A stretch of DNA of 64,000 nucleotides from Verrucomicrobiota bacterium (GCA_047947115.1 CP170459.1:4672001-4736000), one strand, 5' to 3'. Positions 52,565-62,827 are shown, numbered from the stretch's first letter. The notes: generated by a model from the sequence alone, not told the origin. Numbers and translations are program-made.

Positions 52565-53197
52565 TCACCATTCGATGGGAACAATGATGGTATCCCCTGC
52601 CCGAATTTTAGTCGGATCGGTGATGTTGGGGTTGGCTTCAAGAATCCCGTCAACCGTCACATCGTATCCTTCCAGTCGATACGCTTTGGCTATGGCTGAA
52701 AGGGTATAGCCCTTTTCCAAGACAACTTCCGCGATACGTTTGGGAACCCTACGGGGCTTATCGGTTGCACGCTTGACCTCTTTGGGTGCCGGCGCTTTGC
52801 CGAGTTCTTCAATTGCTTTCCAGATCTTTTTGATTTCTTCGCTGATGATCTTGTTGTCCTCGGCCCGTTTGCTGTCCACAGACTTGATCTGCTCTACAAG
52901 CGCATCCGACAATTTCTTGGCATCCGATTCGGTCACCAAATCAGCCGGCAGTTTGTTGATGGAGTTGCGAAGGCTTCGGTTCTCTTCTTCCAACGCTTCG
53001 AGACGACGCACAAGAGTCAGATTTGCCTGTTGGGCATCTTCCAATTCGGCTGATAGTTTGCGGTAGCGCTCATCAGATTCCTGGCGCAGGAGATAAATGG
53101 TGCTCTGCACACTCTGTTCCTGGGCCATCAAAAACTGAGTCTTGCCCGTCCCAATAATGGCAAAAAGAAAGAGATAAATGATATAATTCCAACGCAT
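52565..53197 (-). CDS. Secreted coiled-coil protein with C-terminal LysM domain
   Basis: Signal peptide, coiled coil, GYTLSAIAKAY...ILEANP..IRAGDTIIVP. Confidence 0.8.
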   Translation of the reverse strand: MRWNYIIYLFLFAIIGTGKTQFLMAQEQSVQSTIYLLRQESDERYRKLSAELEDAQQANLTLVRRLEALEEENRSLRNSINKLPADLVTESDAKKLSDALVEQIKSVDSKRAEDNKIISEEIKKIWKAIEELGKAPAPKEVKRATDKPRRVPKRIAEVVLEKGYTLSAIAKAYRLEGYDVTVDGILEANPNITDPTKIRAGDTIIVPIEW

Positions 53198-53272
53198 GAT
53201 GACATAACTTGCGCCAAAAGGACGTATCCTTCAAGGCGGATTCAAATTTTTATACATTTTTGCGGAACGCAC

Positions 53273-54169
53273 CTACTCAACGAGCCAGGCCATGATCGCC
53301 TTCTGAGCGTGCAGCCGGTTCTCAGCCTGATCAAATATGGTCTGAGCATGGGCTTCCAGGACCTCTTCCGTGACTTCCTTTCCACGATAAGCCGGCAGAC
53401 AATGCATCAGCAGAGCCCCATCATTAGCCTTCGCCATCAAATCCACATCAATCTGGTAACCCTTCAACAATTCCAACCGACTGGCCGATTCTTCTTCCTT
53501 GCCCATGGAAACCCAGACATCAGTGTAAAGCACATCACTTCCCCTGACCGCCTCATCCAGATCTTCGGTTACTTTCAGGCAATCACCGGCCTGCTCGATC
53601 AGGTACGGCGCCGGAAAGAACTGTTTGGGTGCGGCAATCCTCAGTTCAAATCCAAACCGCATCGCTCCGTAGATCCAGGATGTCGCCACATTACAGGCCC
53701 CATCTCCGATGAATGTAACGGTCTTCCCTTTGATCTCTCCCAATTTCTCCCGGATGGTCATGACATCCGCAACGATCTGGCAAGGGTGGGCGTGATCCGT
53801 CAGTGCATTGACCGTGTGAATTTTGCTGAAAGAAGCAAAGTCCAGAACATCCTGATGACCATAGGTCCGGATAATGGCCCCGTGCACCATGCGGCCCAGC
53901 ACACGCGCGGTATCCTTGATAGGTTCACCACGCCCGAGTTGCATATCATTCGCCGCAAGAAAAATGACCTGCCCCCCCAGCTCCCGCACTCCCACTTCGA
54001 AGGACACCCGTGTTCGGGTGGAAGATTTGGAAAAAATCATCGCCCATGTCTGGCAGGCCAGCGGTTTGAAGGAGGTATTCCCACGTTCCGCTTTCAGTTT
54101 GTCGGCCAGATTTAAAATGTGCTCCAGATCCGAACTGCTTTGTTCTTCCAGACTTAAAAAGTGTTTCAT
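53273..54169 (-). CDS. argF: Ornithine carbamoyltransferase
   Basis: SSTRTRVSFE, HPCQ, DVWVSMG, MHCLP. Confidence 0.95.
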   Translation of the reverse strand: MKHFLSLEEQSSSDLEHILNLADKLKAERGNTSFKPLACQTWAMIFSKSSTRTRVSFEVGVRELGGQVIFLAANDMQLGRGEPIKDTARVLGRMVHGAIIRTYGHQDVLDFASFSKIHTVNALTDHAHPCQIVADVMTIREKLGEIKGKTVTFIGDGACNVATSWIYGAMRFGFELRIAAPKQFFPAPYLIEQAGDCLKVTEDLDEAVRGSDVLYTDVWVSMGKEEESASRLELLKGYQIDVDLMAKANDGALLMHCLPAYRGKEVTEEVLEAHAQTIFDQAENRLHAQKAIMAWLVE

Positions 54170-55443
54170 GATGTGATGGATTCTAGTGTTGAATTTAAAA
54201 TGGATAAGGCCTCCTCGACTTCGGCGGCGCCGATATTGAGCGCCGGCAAGAATCGTACGACCTGGGTTCCGGATGGAATCGTCAGCATGCCCTTTGCATG
54301 GAGACGTTCCACGATCTGAAGAGATACCGGTCTAGTCTTATTCCCCAAATCTGCAATTTCAGGATGAAAGACGACGCCGATCATCAGTCCCATGCCCCGG
54401 ATCTCCTTGATATAATCAGGGAACTTGGCCGCCAGCACCTGCAGTCCTTTGCTCAACATCGCTCCCATGCGGGCGGCGTTTTGATCGAGATGGTCGCGTT
54501 GGATCACTTCCAAAATCTTCAAAGCCACTGAACATGCCAGCGGGGATCCCCCAAAAGTGGTTCCGTGGGACCCGGGTCCCAGTAGATCCTGATAAGGTTC
54601 CCTCACCCAGAAAGCCCCCATGGGAAAGCCGCCGCCTATGGATTTTGCAAGCGATATGGCATCGGGCAAAAACGAAGCCCCGTCCGGGTGATCTTTCAAG
54701 ATGGAATCATAACTCTGGAAGTTTCCGGTTCGGTAATGCCCGCATTGAATGCCGTCCCAAAGAAGCAGCAGACGGTGTCGGTCACAAAGCTCCCGCAACC
54801 CCATGAGGTATTCCGGTGAAGCGGGCTGGATGCCTCCTTCTCCTTGAACACCTTCGATCATGATGGCGACGGTTGCCGGACTGATCGCGGATTTCATGGC
54901 CTCCAAATCATTGAACGGAACATGTCGAAATCCCGGCATGATCGGTTCAAACCCCTGTTTGACTTTTTCCTGGCCGGTGGCGGCTATTCCGGCCATCGTC
55001 CTTCCGTGAAAAGATTGAAGGCAGGTCAGGGTTTCAAACCGCCCTTCTTCACTCCCGAACTTTCTCGCCAGTTTGAACAGCCCTTCATTCGCCTCTGCGC
55101 CGCTGTTGGCAAAAAAGCATTTACCCGAACCGATGCGATCAACGATCTGTTTTGCCAATTCACCCTGACCCTGATGGTAATAGAGGTTACAGCAATGCAT
55201 CAACCTGGCGGATTGTTGCGACAAGGTTTTGACCAGTTCTGGATGTGCGTGGCCCAGCACGTTGACGGCAATCCCACCTCCCATGTCCAGATAACGGCGC
55301 CCTTCAACATCCCAAACATGATTCCCCTCACCACGTTCAAGCGTCAAAGGAAAGCGGCCGTAGGTCGGCACCACATGATGTTCGAATAGGGACCGAATCG
55401 CCTCGGATGGAGACGAAGAAGATGGAGCTTCACTTGATGTCAT
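54166..55443 (-). CDS. argD: Acetylornithine aminotransferase
   Basis: NSGAEANE, SFHGRT, QGEGG, LAKSIGGG, HGTTFGG. Confidence 0.9.
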   Translation of the reverse strand: MTSSEAPSSSSPSEAIRSLFEHHVVPTYGRFPLTLERGEGNHVWDVEGRRYLDMGGGIAVNVLGHAHPELVKTLSQQSARLMHCCNLYYHQGQGELAKQIVDRIGSGKCFFANSGAEANEGLFKLARKFGSEEGRFETLTCLQSFHGRTMAGIAATGQEKVKQGFEPIMPGFRHVPFNDLEAMKSAISPATVAIMIEGVQGEGGIQPASPEYLMGLRELCDRHRLLLLWDGIQCGHYRTGNFQSYDSILKDHPDGASFLPDAISLAKSIGGGFPMGAFWVREPYQDLLGPGSHGTTFGGSPLACSVALKILEVIQRDHLDQNAARMGAMLSKGLQVLAAKFPDYIKEIRGMGLMIGVVFHPEIADLGNKTRPVSLQIVERLHAKGMLTIPSGTQVVRFLPALNIGAAEVEEALSILNSTLESITS

Positions 55444-55493
55444 CGTTTCGTATGTTGTTATTATCAGTTCAGTAGGCGGAATCAACCACGGGG

Positions 55494-56369
55494 CTATAGA
55501 ACGATTTCAGTACCCACACCCTTGTCGGTAAAAATCTCCAGCAACACCGCATGATTCACTCGTCCGTCCACAAAAGACACCTTGTCGACCCCCGCTTCAA
55601 TGGCGGCGGTCGCGCTGTCCACTTTGGGAATCATACCGGCGGCAATGATACCTCTTCGTTTCAAATCAGTGACATCTTGAACGCGCAGGTGTGAAATAAC
55701 CGACTCCGGATCTTCCGGATTCTGGAGCAACCCGGGCACATCGCTCATAAAGACCAGTCGTTTTGCGGTGAGCGCCTTGGCTGTCATTGCGGCCGCCACA
55801 TCGGCGTTGCAGTTGTACAATCGGCCGTCTTCTCCTGTGGCAGTCGGGCTGATGACGGGCGTGATGCCCTTCGCAATGCACTCGAGCAGGGGGCCGATAT
55901 TCACATCCACCACTTCCCCCACAAATCCAATATCTATCATCTCCCCGTCCTCCCCGGGAACGGCTTTGCGCCGACAAGTAAAAATGTCCTTTCCGGCAAA
56001 GCCCTTCGCTGCGCCACCCAGCTCATTAATGGTGGCCACGATTTCGGGATTAATCTGATTGGACAACACTTCATTCACCAGCTCGACCGCTTTTTCGTCG
56101 GTCACCCGGTGTCCATGCTTGAACTCCGGAGAAAGTCCAGCTTCCTTCATCGCACGTGATATGGCCTTGCCACCTCCATGCACCACAACAGGGTTGATTT
56201 CCACGGCTTCCAAAAAGACCACATCCCGTGCCACCCCCTGCCGTATGGCCGGGTCGGGAGAATCCATGAAGCTTCCTCCATATTTCACCACGAAGGTGGC
56301 GCCATTAAACTTTTGAATGTAAGGCAGTGCCTCAAGCAACACCGCCGCCTTGGTGATCAATTGTTCCAT
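55494..56369 (-). CDS. argB: Acetylglutamate kinase
   Basis: EALPYI..VVKYGG, VVHGGG, NCNAD, GMIPKV. Confidence 0.95.
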   Translation of the reverse strand: MEQLITKAAVLLEALPYIQKFNGATFVVKYGGSFMDSPDPAIRQGVARDVVFLEAVEINPVVVHGGGKAISRAMKEAGLSPEFKHGHRVTDEKAVELVNEVLSNQINPEIVATINELGGAAKGFAGKDIFTCRRKAVPGEDGEMIDIGFVGEVVDVNIGPLLECIAKGITPVISPTATGEDGRLYNCNADVAAAMTAKALTAKRLVFMSDVPGLLQNPEDPESVISHLRVQDVTDLKRRGIIAAGMIPKVDSATAAIEAGVDKVSFVDGRVNHAVLLEIFTDKGVGTEIVL

Positions 56370-56377
56370 GATTCGTT

Positions 56378-57714
56378 CTAACCTCCCAGAGATGCGGGAT
56401 CGGTGACATCTCCCTTGTTAAATTCGACATATTCCTCGGTCAGATCACTTGCATACATCAACGCCTCGCCCTTTCCGAGGTTGAGATGGATATGCAGATC
56501 AAACTCAGGATCCGCAACCGCCTTGCAAAGCACTTCGAAAGTTGCCCGTGTGGGCTTGCCGGATTTCAGCGAGAACAGGATGTTTTTTCCGCCGGGAGAG
56601 CTATATCCCACATCCACTTTCTCTTCTACAACGGTGGCTTCCGAGTATCCCAGTGCATCGATGATCCTTCCCCAGTTCGGATCCCCCCCAACCAGCTGGT
56701 CTTGACCAATGAACTGTTGGCCACGGCCCGGGCCGCTGCATCGGCTTCCTTGTCGTTCCTGGCCCCGCTCACCCGAATCGTAACAAACCGGGTGACTCCC
56801 TCCCCATCCTTGACCAACATCTTGGCCAAAGAAAAGCACACTTTGTTCAAGGCTTCCTGGAACAACGCCAGGTCGGCTTTGGAGTCCGTGTCCCGAGCAG
56901 TATGTTTCAAGGACTTGTTGCCCGCCAGTCCGTTTGCCAGCAGAATCACGGTGTCATTGGTGCTCATGTCACCGTCGACCGTGATACGATTAAACGTGCT
57001 TGCAACAGCCTCGGTCAGGCATCGTTGCAGCGTCGGTTTGGCAATGGCGGCATCGGTGGTGATGAATGAAAGCATGGTGGCATGCAGAGGCATGCTGTAG
57101 GGACGCTTTCCGGTCGGGCTCATACCGGGATGGATCATCCCAGCCCCTTTGGCCACACCTCCGATGCGAATCTTCCTGCCACCCAATTCAAGTTCCACCG
57201 CCACCTGCTTGGGGTGCGTGTCACTGGTCATGATGGCTTCCGCAATGTGGTCCCCGGCCTCTTCGGTGGCATTCAAGCCAGCACAGACGGTTTGGATGCC
57301 GCTTTGCACATTCGGCATGGGCAATGGCAATCCAATGCGTCCGGTGGAGGCGACCATCACTTCGGCAGGCTGTATTTTGAGCCATTTGGCGGTCTGTTTG
57401 CACATGGTCTCGGCATCCTTGCGCCCCTGGAGTCCGGTGCAGGCATTGGCATTGCCGGAATTCACCACAATCGCCCTGCAGGTGGGATGTTTCAGATGTG
57501 CCACACACACTTTGACCGGCGCGGCACAAATCTGATTCGTCGTGAACATGCCTGCCGCGACACATGGGGATTCGGAATAAATCACCGCCAGATCACGCTT
57601 CTTGCCTTTGTTGGATCCTTTACCGGTCCCCAACCGTTTCACGTCACAAAAGATACCTTCCCCCGAAAAACCCTGGGGAGACGTCACTGATCCTGAAATA
57701 AATGAAATACTCAT
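56378..57714 (-). CDS. argJ: Ornithine acetyltransferase ArgJ; 1-nt loss in a G7 run (56683-56689)
   Basis: NSGNANACTG, KGAGMIHP..ATML, DGDMSTND, KDGEG; GDPNWGRII follows in the next frame. Confidence 0.92.
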
Positions 57715-57757
57715 AGCTTTGAAAAACAAAGGTGGAAGCAACGGGAGAGAATGATGG

Positions 57758-57813
57758 AAATAAAAAAAGAGAATCCGTCGCTCTAAAGTCTTATCGAAGA
57801 CGTTTGGAACGAC
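57758..57813 (-). terminator. Terminator/attenuator-like hairpin plus U-tract upstream of argJ
   Basis: Minus strand GTCGTTCCAAA-C-GTCTT-CGAT-AAGAC-TTTAGAGCGAC then GGATTCTCTTTTTTTATTT. Confidence 0.6.
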
Positions 57814-57850
57814 TGTAACGGCGTAATCTCTTTTTAGTTCGGAAAATCAT
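57791..57850 (-). CDS. Putative Arg-rich leader peptide MIFRTKKRLRRYSRSKRLR
   Basis: 19 codons, 7 Arg; ends 76 nt before the argJ start; TTGACA at 57883-57888 just upstream. Confidence 0.65.
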   Translation of the reverse strand: MIFRTKKRLRRYSRSKRLR

Positions 57851-57987
57851 CAAGCGGGAAGGAAGCGACAAAACAAGCGAGATGTCAACTGGATAATCCA
57901 ATTTTTTCGATCCCTGTTCCTCAAGCATCTCCTGGAGATGAAAAGGAACGGAAGCTTGCCTGACGTTTACACCCGCATGAGACCGCT

Positions 57988-58104
57988 TTACTTGGAGAAG
58001 ATGGTGGTGATCTTGATCCCGAACCGCTCCGCAAAAGCAAAGAAGACAAGCAATAAAAACGGCAGGATCAGGATGACAAATTTGCTGACGGTTTGCCGGT
58101 TCAT
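57988..58104 (-). CDS. 38-aa single-TM small protein
   Basis: MNRQTVSKFVILILPFLLLVFFAFAERFGIKITTIFSK; ATGA overlap with the DUF2237 stop. Confidence 0.5.
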   Translation of the reverse strand: MNRQTVSKFVILILPFLLLVFFAFAERFGIKITTIFSK

Positions 58105-58496
58105 GAAGCAGGCTCCTCCCAATCGAGCGCATATTTTTTCAACTCATCCAAATCCACAAACTCCAGAGCGGAAACATGCGTGGCCTTAAGGAGGATGGGT
58201 GGAGGGCAACCTGCCTTCAAAGCTTCAATCCATCGTTGCAAACACACACACCAGCGATCCCCGGCCACCAAACCCGGAAACTGATAGTGAGGCTGGGGAG
58301 TGATGAGATCGTTGCCCCTTTCTTTCCCAAAACGCAGAAAATCGTCTGTCATTTCCACACAAATCACATGCAACCCATAATCCCCGGGGCCCGTGTGACA
58401 TTTCCCATTGCGGTAATACCCCGTCACAGGATCCATGCAACACGATTCCAAAGGGGTTCCCAATACATTACTTGCTGACTCGGTCTTTTCACTCAT
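58101..58496 (-). CDS. DUF2237 family protein
   Basis: NVLG.PL..C..DP.TGYYR.G.C, GNDL.TP, GDRWCVC..RW.EA. Confidence 0.88.
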   Translation of the reverse strand: MSEKTESASNVLGTPLESCCMDPVTGYYRNGKCHTGPGDYGLHVICVEMTDDFLRFGKERGNDLITPQPHYQFPGLVAGDRWCVCLQRWIEALKAGCPPPILLKATHVSALEFVDLDELKKYALDWEEPAS

Positions 58497-58719
58497 TGCT
58501 TTGAACTACCAATAAATGGAAATCGCCAGAAAGCAATCCCCTTCGGGCAATTGTTTTATGGTGAAAAACCCAAATGCCATGATCAAGGCTTTCGATCAGC
58601 CCGCGGAAGGAATGAACGATGCAAGCACACAAGAAAATGATTGGAATCACGCCGGAAAAGTTGCGTCACAAACCAGAGGGCTGCGTGTCAAGAGGCCCAG
58701 GCGATTACCCTTATCGAAT

Positions 58720-59199
58720 TCACTCTTCCAGAGGTTTGCCGATCCGCACATGCGGCCACAACGCCAGACGATGCTCTTTGATGAAGGCCAACCCGAAGGA
58801 ACCAAGTGTCAAAAGACTGTTCTGCACCAGTTTGTAACAGACCACCACCTCTCCGGTGCCGCATCCGCAGTCAAACTGGATGTCACAGAAGGCAATGTCC
58901 CCTGCAGCATGAACCTGCACGGCACGCCACAAAATCATCCCGGTAAATGCAAGCAGCAATCCTCCGACCGTTGCGGCCGCGGTCCTGACTCCAACACCAA
59001 GCACCAACAGCAATCCGCACCAGACCTCAAACCATGGCAACCAGCCGGCCACAACATTCATTTGCCAATACTCTGTCAATACACCGAATTCACGGATGGA
59101 CTTTAGAAACGCAACCGGATCCTGGGTCTTGGTCCAGCCGAGGTAAACAAACATCCCCCCAATCAGGACGCGGATCAATGTCACAACGATGTTCTTCAT
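58720..59199 (-). CDS. DoxX/MauE-like membrane protein
   Basis: R...G..F...G..K..DP..F, LPWFE, DCGCG. Confidence 0.8.
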   Translation of the reverse strand: MKNIVVTLIRVLIGGMFVYLGWTKTQDPVAFLKSIREFGVLTEYWQMNVVAGWLPWFEVWCGLLLVLGVGVRTAAATVGGLLLAFTGMILWRAVQVHAAGDIAFCDIQFDCGCGTGEVVVCYKLVQNSLLTLGSFGLAFIKEHRLALWPHVRIGKPLEE

Positions 59200-59855
59200 G
59201 GCTGCCCATCCTCTGGTTCGGGAGATACCTGCAGCAAGGTCCGCAGTTCATCAAAGTCGTCAAAACGATCCCCAAGTGCCACAGGATGCCCTCCCTCGTT
59301 CCAACCCCGCATGCCTGCAGCATAGATGAACAGTTTTTCCTGAGGCACACCCAGTTGAACCAAATCAGTCGCGGCAAATTCACTATCCTCGCAATGCCCT
59401 CCATTGCAGTAAACCACCACCTGTTCAGCGATCTGACACATGGGAAGCACCAAGTCGACGTATTGATCCATCTGATAGTGATCAAACAGATAAGCACCAG
59501 GAATGTGACGCTCCTGAAACAGGGTTTCATTCCGGGCATCCACCAGAACCACCATACCCGCTTCCAAACGGGGGTCTTGCATAAGCGCTAGAACCTCATC
59601 GGTTCCGATCGCCTGAAACCCCTTTTGCTCCAGACGTTGAATGGACTCGGCTACTTCGTTTTCAAAAGTGGGGGCAGTCGAGGCACCACTGGATGATTCC
59701 GCTGAACCAACAGTCCTGCCAGATCCGGCCGGCATGCCGGAGGGAAAGTAGTCCCGTGCCAGGTCCAATCCTTTCGCGGAGTGGTGATTCAACACCACGG
59801 AAAGCGACAATCCCACCCCCAATACGAAGAGCCACTCTGGCCAAGCATTTTTCAT
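59196..59855 (-). CDS. Membrane-anchored rhodanese-like protein
   Basis: LVDAR, HIPGA, VVYCNGGHC, GMRGW. Confidence 0.82.
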   Translation of the reverse strand: MKNAWPEWLFVLGVGLSLSVVLNHHSAKGLDLARDYFPSGMPAGSGRTVGSAESSSGASTAPTFENEVAESIQRLEQKGFQAIGTDEVLALMQDPRLEAGMVVLVDARNETLFQERHIPGAYLFDHYQMDQYVDLVLPMCQIAEQVVVYCNGGHCEDSEFAATDLVQLGVPQEKLFIYAAGMRGWNEGGHPVALGDRFDDFDELRTLLQVSPEPEDGQP

Positions 59856-59911
59856 GAACCCTTTGATTTGCCCAAGCCAAACTCCAGCCTGACGAGGCGA
59901 ATGCCGTGGTT

Positions 59912-60982
59912 TTACTGGGTCAATTTACGGTAGGAACCGATCGGCACCTCAAAATCCTTGAACTGCTCATTGCTGGTTTTCAATGTCAATTTGGCATCTT
60001 CCAGTTCATCCACGTTCAGTCCTTCGGGAAAGGTCAGGACCAGCCGGTGATGTTTCCCGTTGTTGAGTTGACTGGATTCCACCTTGACACCTTCCACCGA
60101 CACCTTGATGTCGGAAACTTCAAGAGGAGTGTCCTCGTAGGTCAACACGGTGACAAACTTCTTCATCTCCTTGGCGAGCACCCCGTTCGGCATCATGATG
60201 CGGTTGGGCACTATCTGAACCGGAGCCATCACGTAGGCCGAGGCGGCAAAGGAATTGGATTTTGCTTCAGGTATATTCGTTTCAAACAACACGGTGGCCC
60301 GATTGGATCCATACACGAGAGGCGGGACGGTGGTCACTTCAATTTCGTATTCCTTACCCTCTTTGAGGGTGTTCAAGGCCACTTTGAACCTGTCCCCACG
60401 TTCAACACGAAGATTGCTGATTTCCATCGGCGTTTCCACATGGCTTTCCACTTTGATTTTGACACTCTTGACTTCGTCCAGCTTTTTCAGCGCAGGAAAG
60501 GCTGCCACCACGGGATTAACGGTCACCGGGGTCCAGACCTGCCCCTTGATCTGAAGGAACGAGTTGGCGCGCTTGGGATCATTGCTGCTGACCGTTACCG
60601 ATTTGGTGATGGGACCTTTGAATCGATCTGTGTTGAGTTTGATGGGGATGATGCCGGATTCGCCGGGCTTCACGGTCTTGGTCCATTCACCGGCTGTGGT
60701 GCAGCCGCAACCCGGACGGACTTCACTGATGGTCAGAACCTGGTTTCCCTTGTTGAAAAATTTAAAGTCGTAGCGGATTTCCTCTCCCTGTTTGGTGGTG
60801 CCAAATTCATACGCAGGAGTCTCGAATTCAATCACAGGAAAAGCCTCAACGCTGTTGTCCTGAGCCCCCAATCGGGTATCCATACCAAACCCGGCCGCCA
60901 AAACGGTGAGAAACAGGATGAGAGACGCATTCAATGATTTCTGTTGTTTTTTCATAATTCCTACTCTCGACATGACATCCAT
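59912..60982 (-). CDS. DUF1573 / Ig-like domain secreted protein
   Basis: YEFG...F.F.N.G..L.I..V.PGCGCT; SNDP; the start may be at the later MKKQQK. Confidence 0.8.
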   Translation of the reverse strand: MDVMSRVGIMKKQQKSLNASLILFLTVLAAGFGMDTRLGAQDNSVEAFPVIEFETPAYEFGTTKQGEEIRYDFKFFNKGNQVLTISEVRPGCGCTTAGEWTKTVKPGESGIIPIKLNTDRFKGPITKSVTVSSNDPKRANSFLQIKGQVWTPVTVNPVVAAFPALKKLDEVKSVKIKVESHVETPMEISNLRVERGDRFKVALNTLKEGKEYEIEVTTVPPLVYGSNRATVLFETNIPEAKSNSFAASAYVMAPVQIVPNRIMMPNGVLAKEMKKFVTVLTYEDTPLEVSDIKVSVEGVKVESSQLNNGKHHRLVLTFPEGLNVDELEDAKLTLKTSNEQFKDFEVPIGSYRKLTQ

Positions 60983-61001
60983 ATCTTAAAAAAGGTTACT
61001 A

Positions 61002-61808
61002 TCAATGAGAACCAGCATGTGAAAAGACAGTGGAAATTGCAATCCCCGAATCAATGCGCTTTCGCGCCTTAAGGGCAACATAGGGCGGAATGTGGTGACT
61101 TCGATGAGCAAAAGTCCCGGGCGCGGCATCTTCACGTCCGTGCCATGGCTCCCGGACATCCTCGATCACGAATCCCTTTTGACACAGTCCACCCAACAAT
61201 GCTTCAAGAGGATGCAAGAACTCCAACGCCCCCTGCTCCCGATGCTCGCTTCCCTGCACGGGTGGCAAAGGGCCTTTGTGGTGCCCCTTGGTTTCAACAT
61301 AATATTTGGACATTTCCGGAAACGCACCGCACTGAAGACTAAAAGGTTGTTTATGCTGCACGATATAGATCCCTCCGGGCTTCAATATCCGGTGAACTTC
61401 CCCATACATTGCGCTCAGGTTTTCAACGTAACAACTGCTGACCGGCTGCATGATCAGGTCAAATTCTGATGATTCAAACATGTCCATCCGAGTCATACAG
61501 GCACGGACCCGACGAATCTGAAAACCATGTTTCTCCGCCATCGCCCGATCCTTCTCAAGCATCGATTCGGAAACATCCAACACCGTTACGACCGCCCCGG
61601 CCGCTGCATACAACGGGGCATGCTTTCCTCCTCCTGCAGCAAGACAAAGCACCTTTTTGCCGTGAACCCCCTCAGGCAGCCAGTTGTAGATGTTGATATG
61701 TTTTTGTGGATCATTGAGCACACGGGCTGAGACCGTGGAAGCAAAACCGCTTTTCTGAGCCACCATCCGGTCCCATACTCGTGCGTTATATTCGGAAACT
61801 TCGTTCAT
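61002..61808 (-). CDS. Class I SAM-dependent methyltransferase
   Basis: VLCLAAGGG, FDLI, ILKPGG. Confidence 0.85.
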   Translation of the reverse strand: MNEVSEYNARVWDRMVAQKSGFASTVSARVLNDPQKHINIYNWLPEGVHGKKVLCLAAGGGKHAPLYAAAGAVVTVLDVSESMLEKDRAMAEKHGFQIRRVRACMTRMDMFESSEFDLIMQPVSSCYVENLSAMYGEVHRILKPGGIYIVQHKQPFSLQCGAFPEMSKYYVETKGHHKGPLPPVQGSEHREQGALEFLHPLEALLGGLCQKGFVIEDVREPWHGREDAAPGTFAHRSHHIPPYVALKARKRIDSGIAISTVFSHAGSH

Positions 61809-61828
61809 GGATTTAAAAAATGAAATCG

Positions 61829-62827
61829 TCAACCTTGCATCGCTTTCTGAATGTGGTGAAGCCCCATCCGGCAAGCATCATATGGATCGGGAATTTCCCA
61901 CGCATCGATCATGATCCAACCCTCAAACCCTCCCTGCCGTAACATCTCAAGCGAAGCCGGAATATTTGCATGCCCGTCCCCGCAAGCCAAGTGCTTGGAC
62001 GTGCCCCCATCCCGAAGTGTTCCATCCGTATCCGTCAGATGCACATAACCTATCCGCTCCACTCCAATGCGCTTCAACATTTCATGAGGCAGGCCTTGTG
62101 AACCGTTCATCAAGTCAAAATGGCTTGGATCGTAAATGGTTTTCAAATTGGGGTGATCCGTCTGATCCAGAATACGTTCCAAATGCTGTTCAGTGTTAAA
62201 AACAAATGGAGGTTCTATTTCAAACGCAGCCAGAATTCCCAGTTCGCCGGCCATGTCACCTATTTCTCTGAAAGATTCGGACACATGCCGGATCGCCTCA
62301 TCCATGGACTGCCCTCTGAGCCCTCCTCCCGGCCACATCCCGATGCAATCACAACCCATTGCTCTGGCAAACCGCAAGTTCCTGCGCATCTCCTCTTTCC
62401 ATTGCTGACGCGTTTCCTTTTCAGGGGCAAAGGCTCCTCCCGCGCCCGTCTGAACGGAGAACACCCGCAGACCGCTCTCCTTATAAGTTTCCATCATTTC
62501 TTCGACTCTTGCCAGATTCTGGTCAGGATCCCGGTAATCCCCTACCCGCCATCCCTGAACCAATTCCACCCCATCAAATCCCGTTTCCCTAATGAAAGAC
62601 AGCACGTTACGCAAGGAGTGGGTTCGTCCGTATTTACGTTCACCCGACGCAAATCCATTGAGTCCTACGGCGATTTTCCAAGGAAGACGAGGTTCGGCGG
62701 CAAGTGCCGGCATTCCGGTCATCAATCCAAGGCAGGCCATCCTTTCGATAAATGACCGCCGGTTGACCACCACATCCGCGAGAGACGTGAGTTGATGACG
62801 AGGTTGTTCGGACCAGGGAGGATTCAT
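61829..62827 (-). CDS. Tat-exported sugar phosphate isomerase/epimerase (TIM barrel)
   Basis: NRRSFI Tat motif; GFDGVEL, FEIEP, DPSH, VHLTD. Confidence 0.82.
   Translation of the reverse strand: MNPPWSEQPRHQLTSLADVVVNRRSFIERMACLGLMTGMPALAAEPRLPWKIAVGLNGFASGERKYGRTHSLRNVLSFIRETGFDGVELVQGWRVGDYRDPDQNLARVEEMMETYKESGLRVFSVQTGAGGAFAPEKETRQQWKEEMRRNLRFARAMGCDCIGMWPGGGLRGQSMDEAIRHVSESFREIGDMAGELGILAAFEIEPPFVFNTEQHLERILDQTDHPNLKTIYDPSHFDLMNGSQGLPHEMLKRIGVERIGYVHLTDTDGTLRDGGTSKHLACGDGHANIPASLEMLRQGGFEGWIMIDAWEIPDPYDACRMGLHHIQKAMQG

Noticed and set aside
57791..58132. 113-aa ORF as a real gene
   Set aside because: Overlaps DUF2237, the 38-aa ORF and the putative promoter; only the last 19 codons are supported
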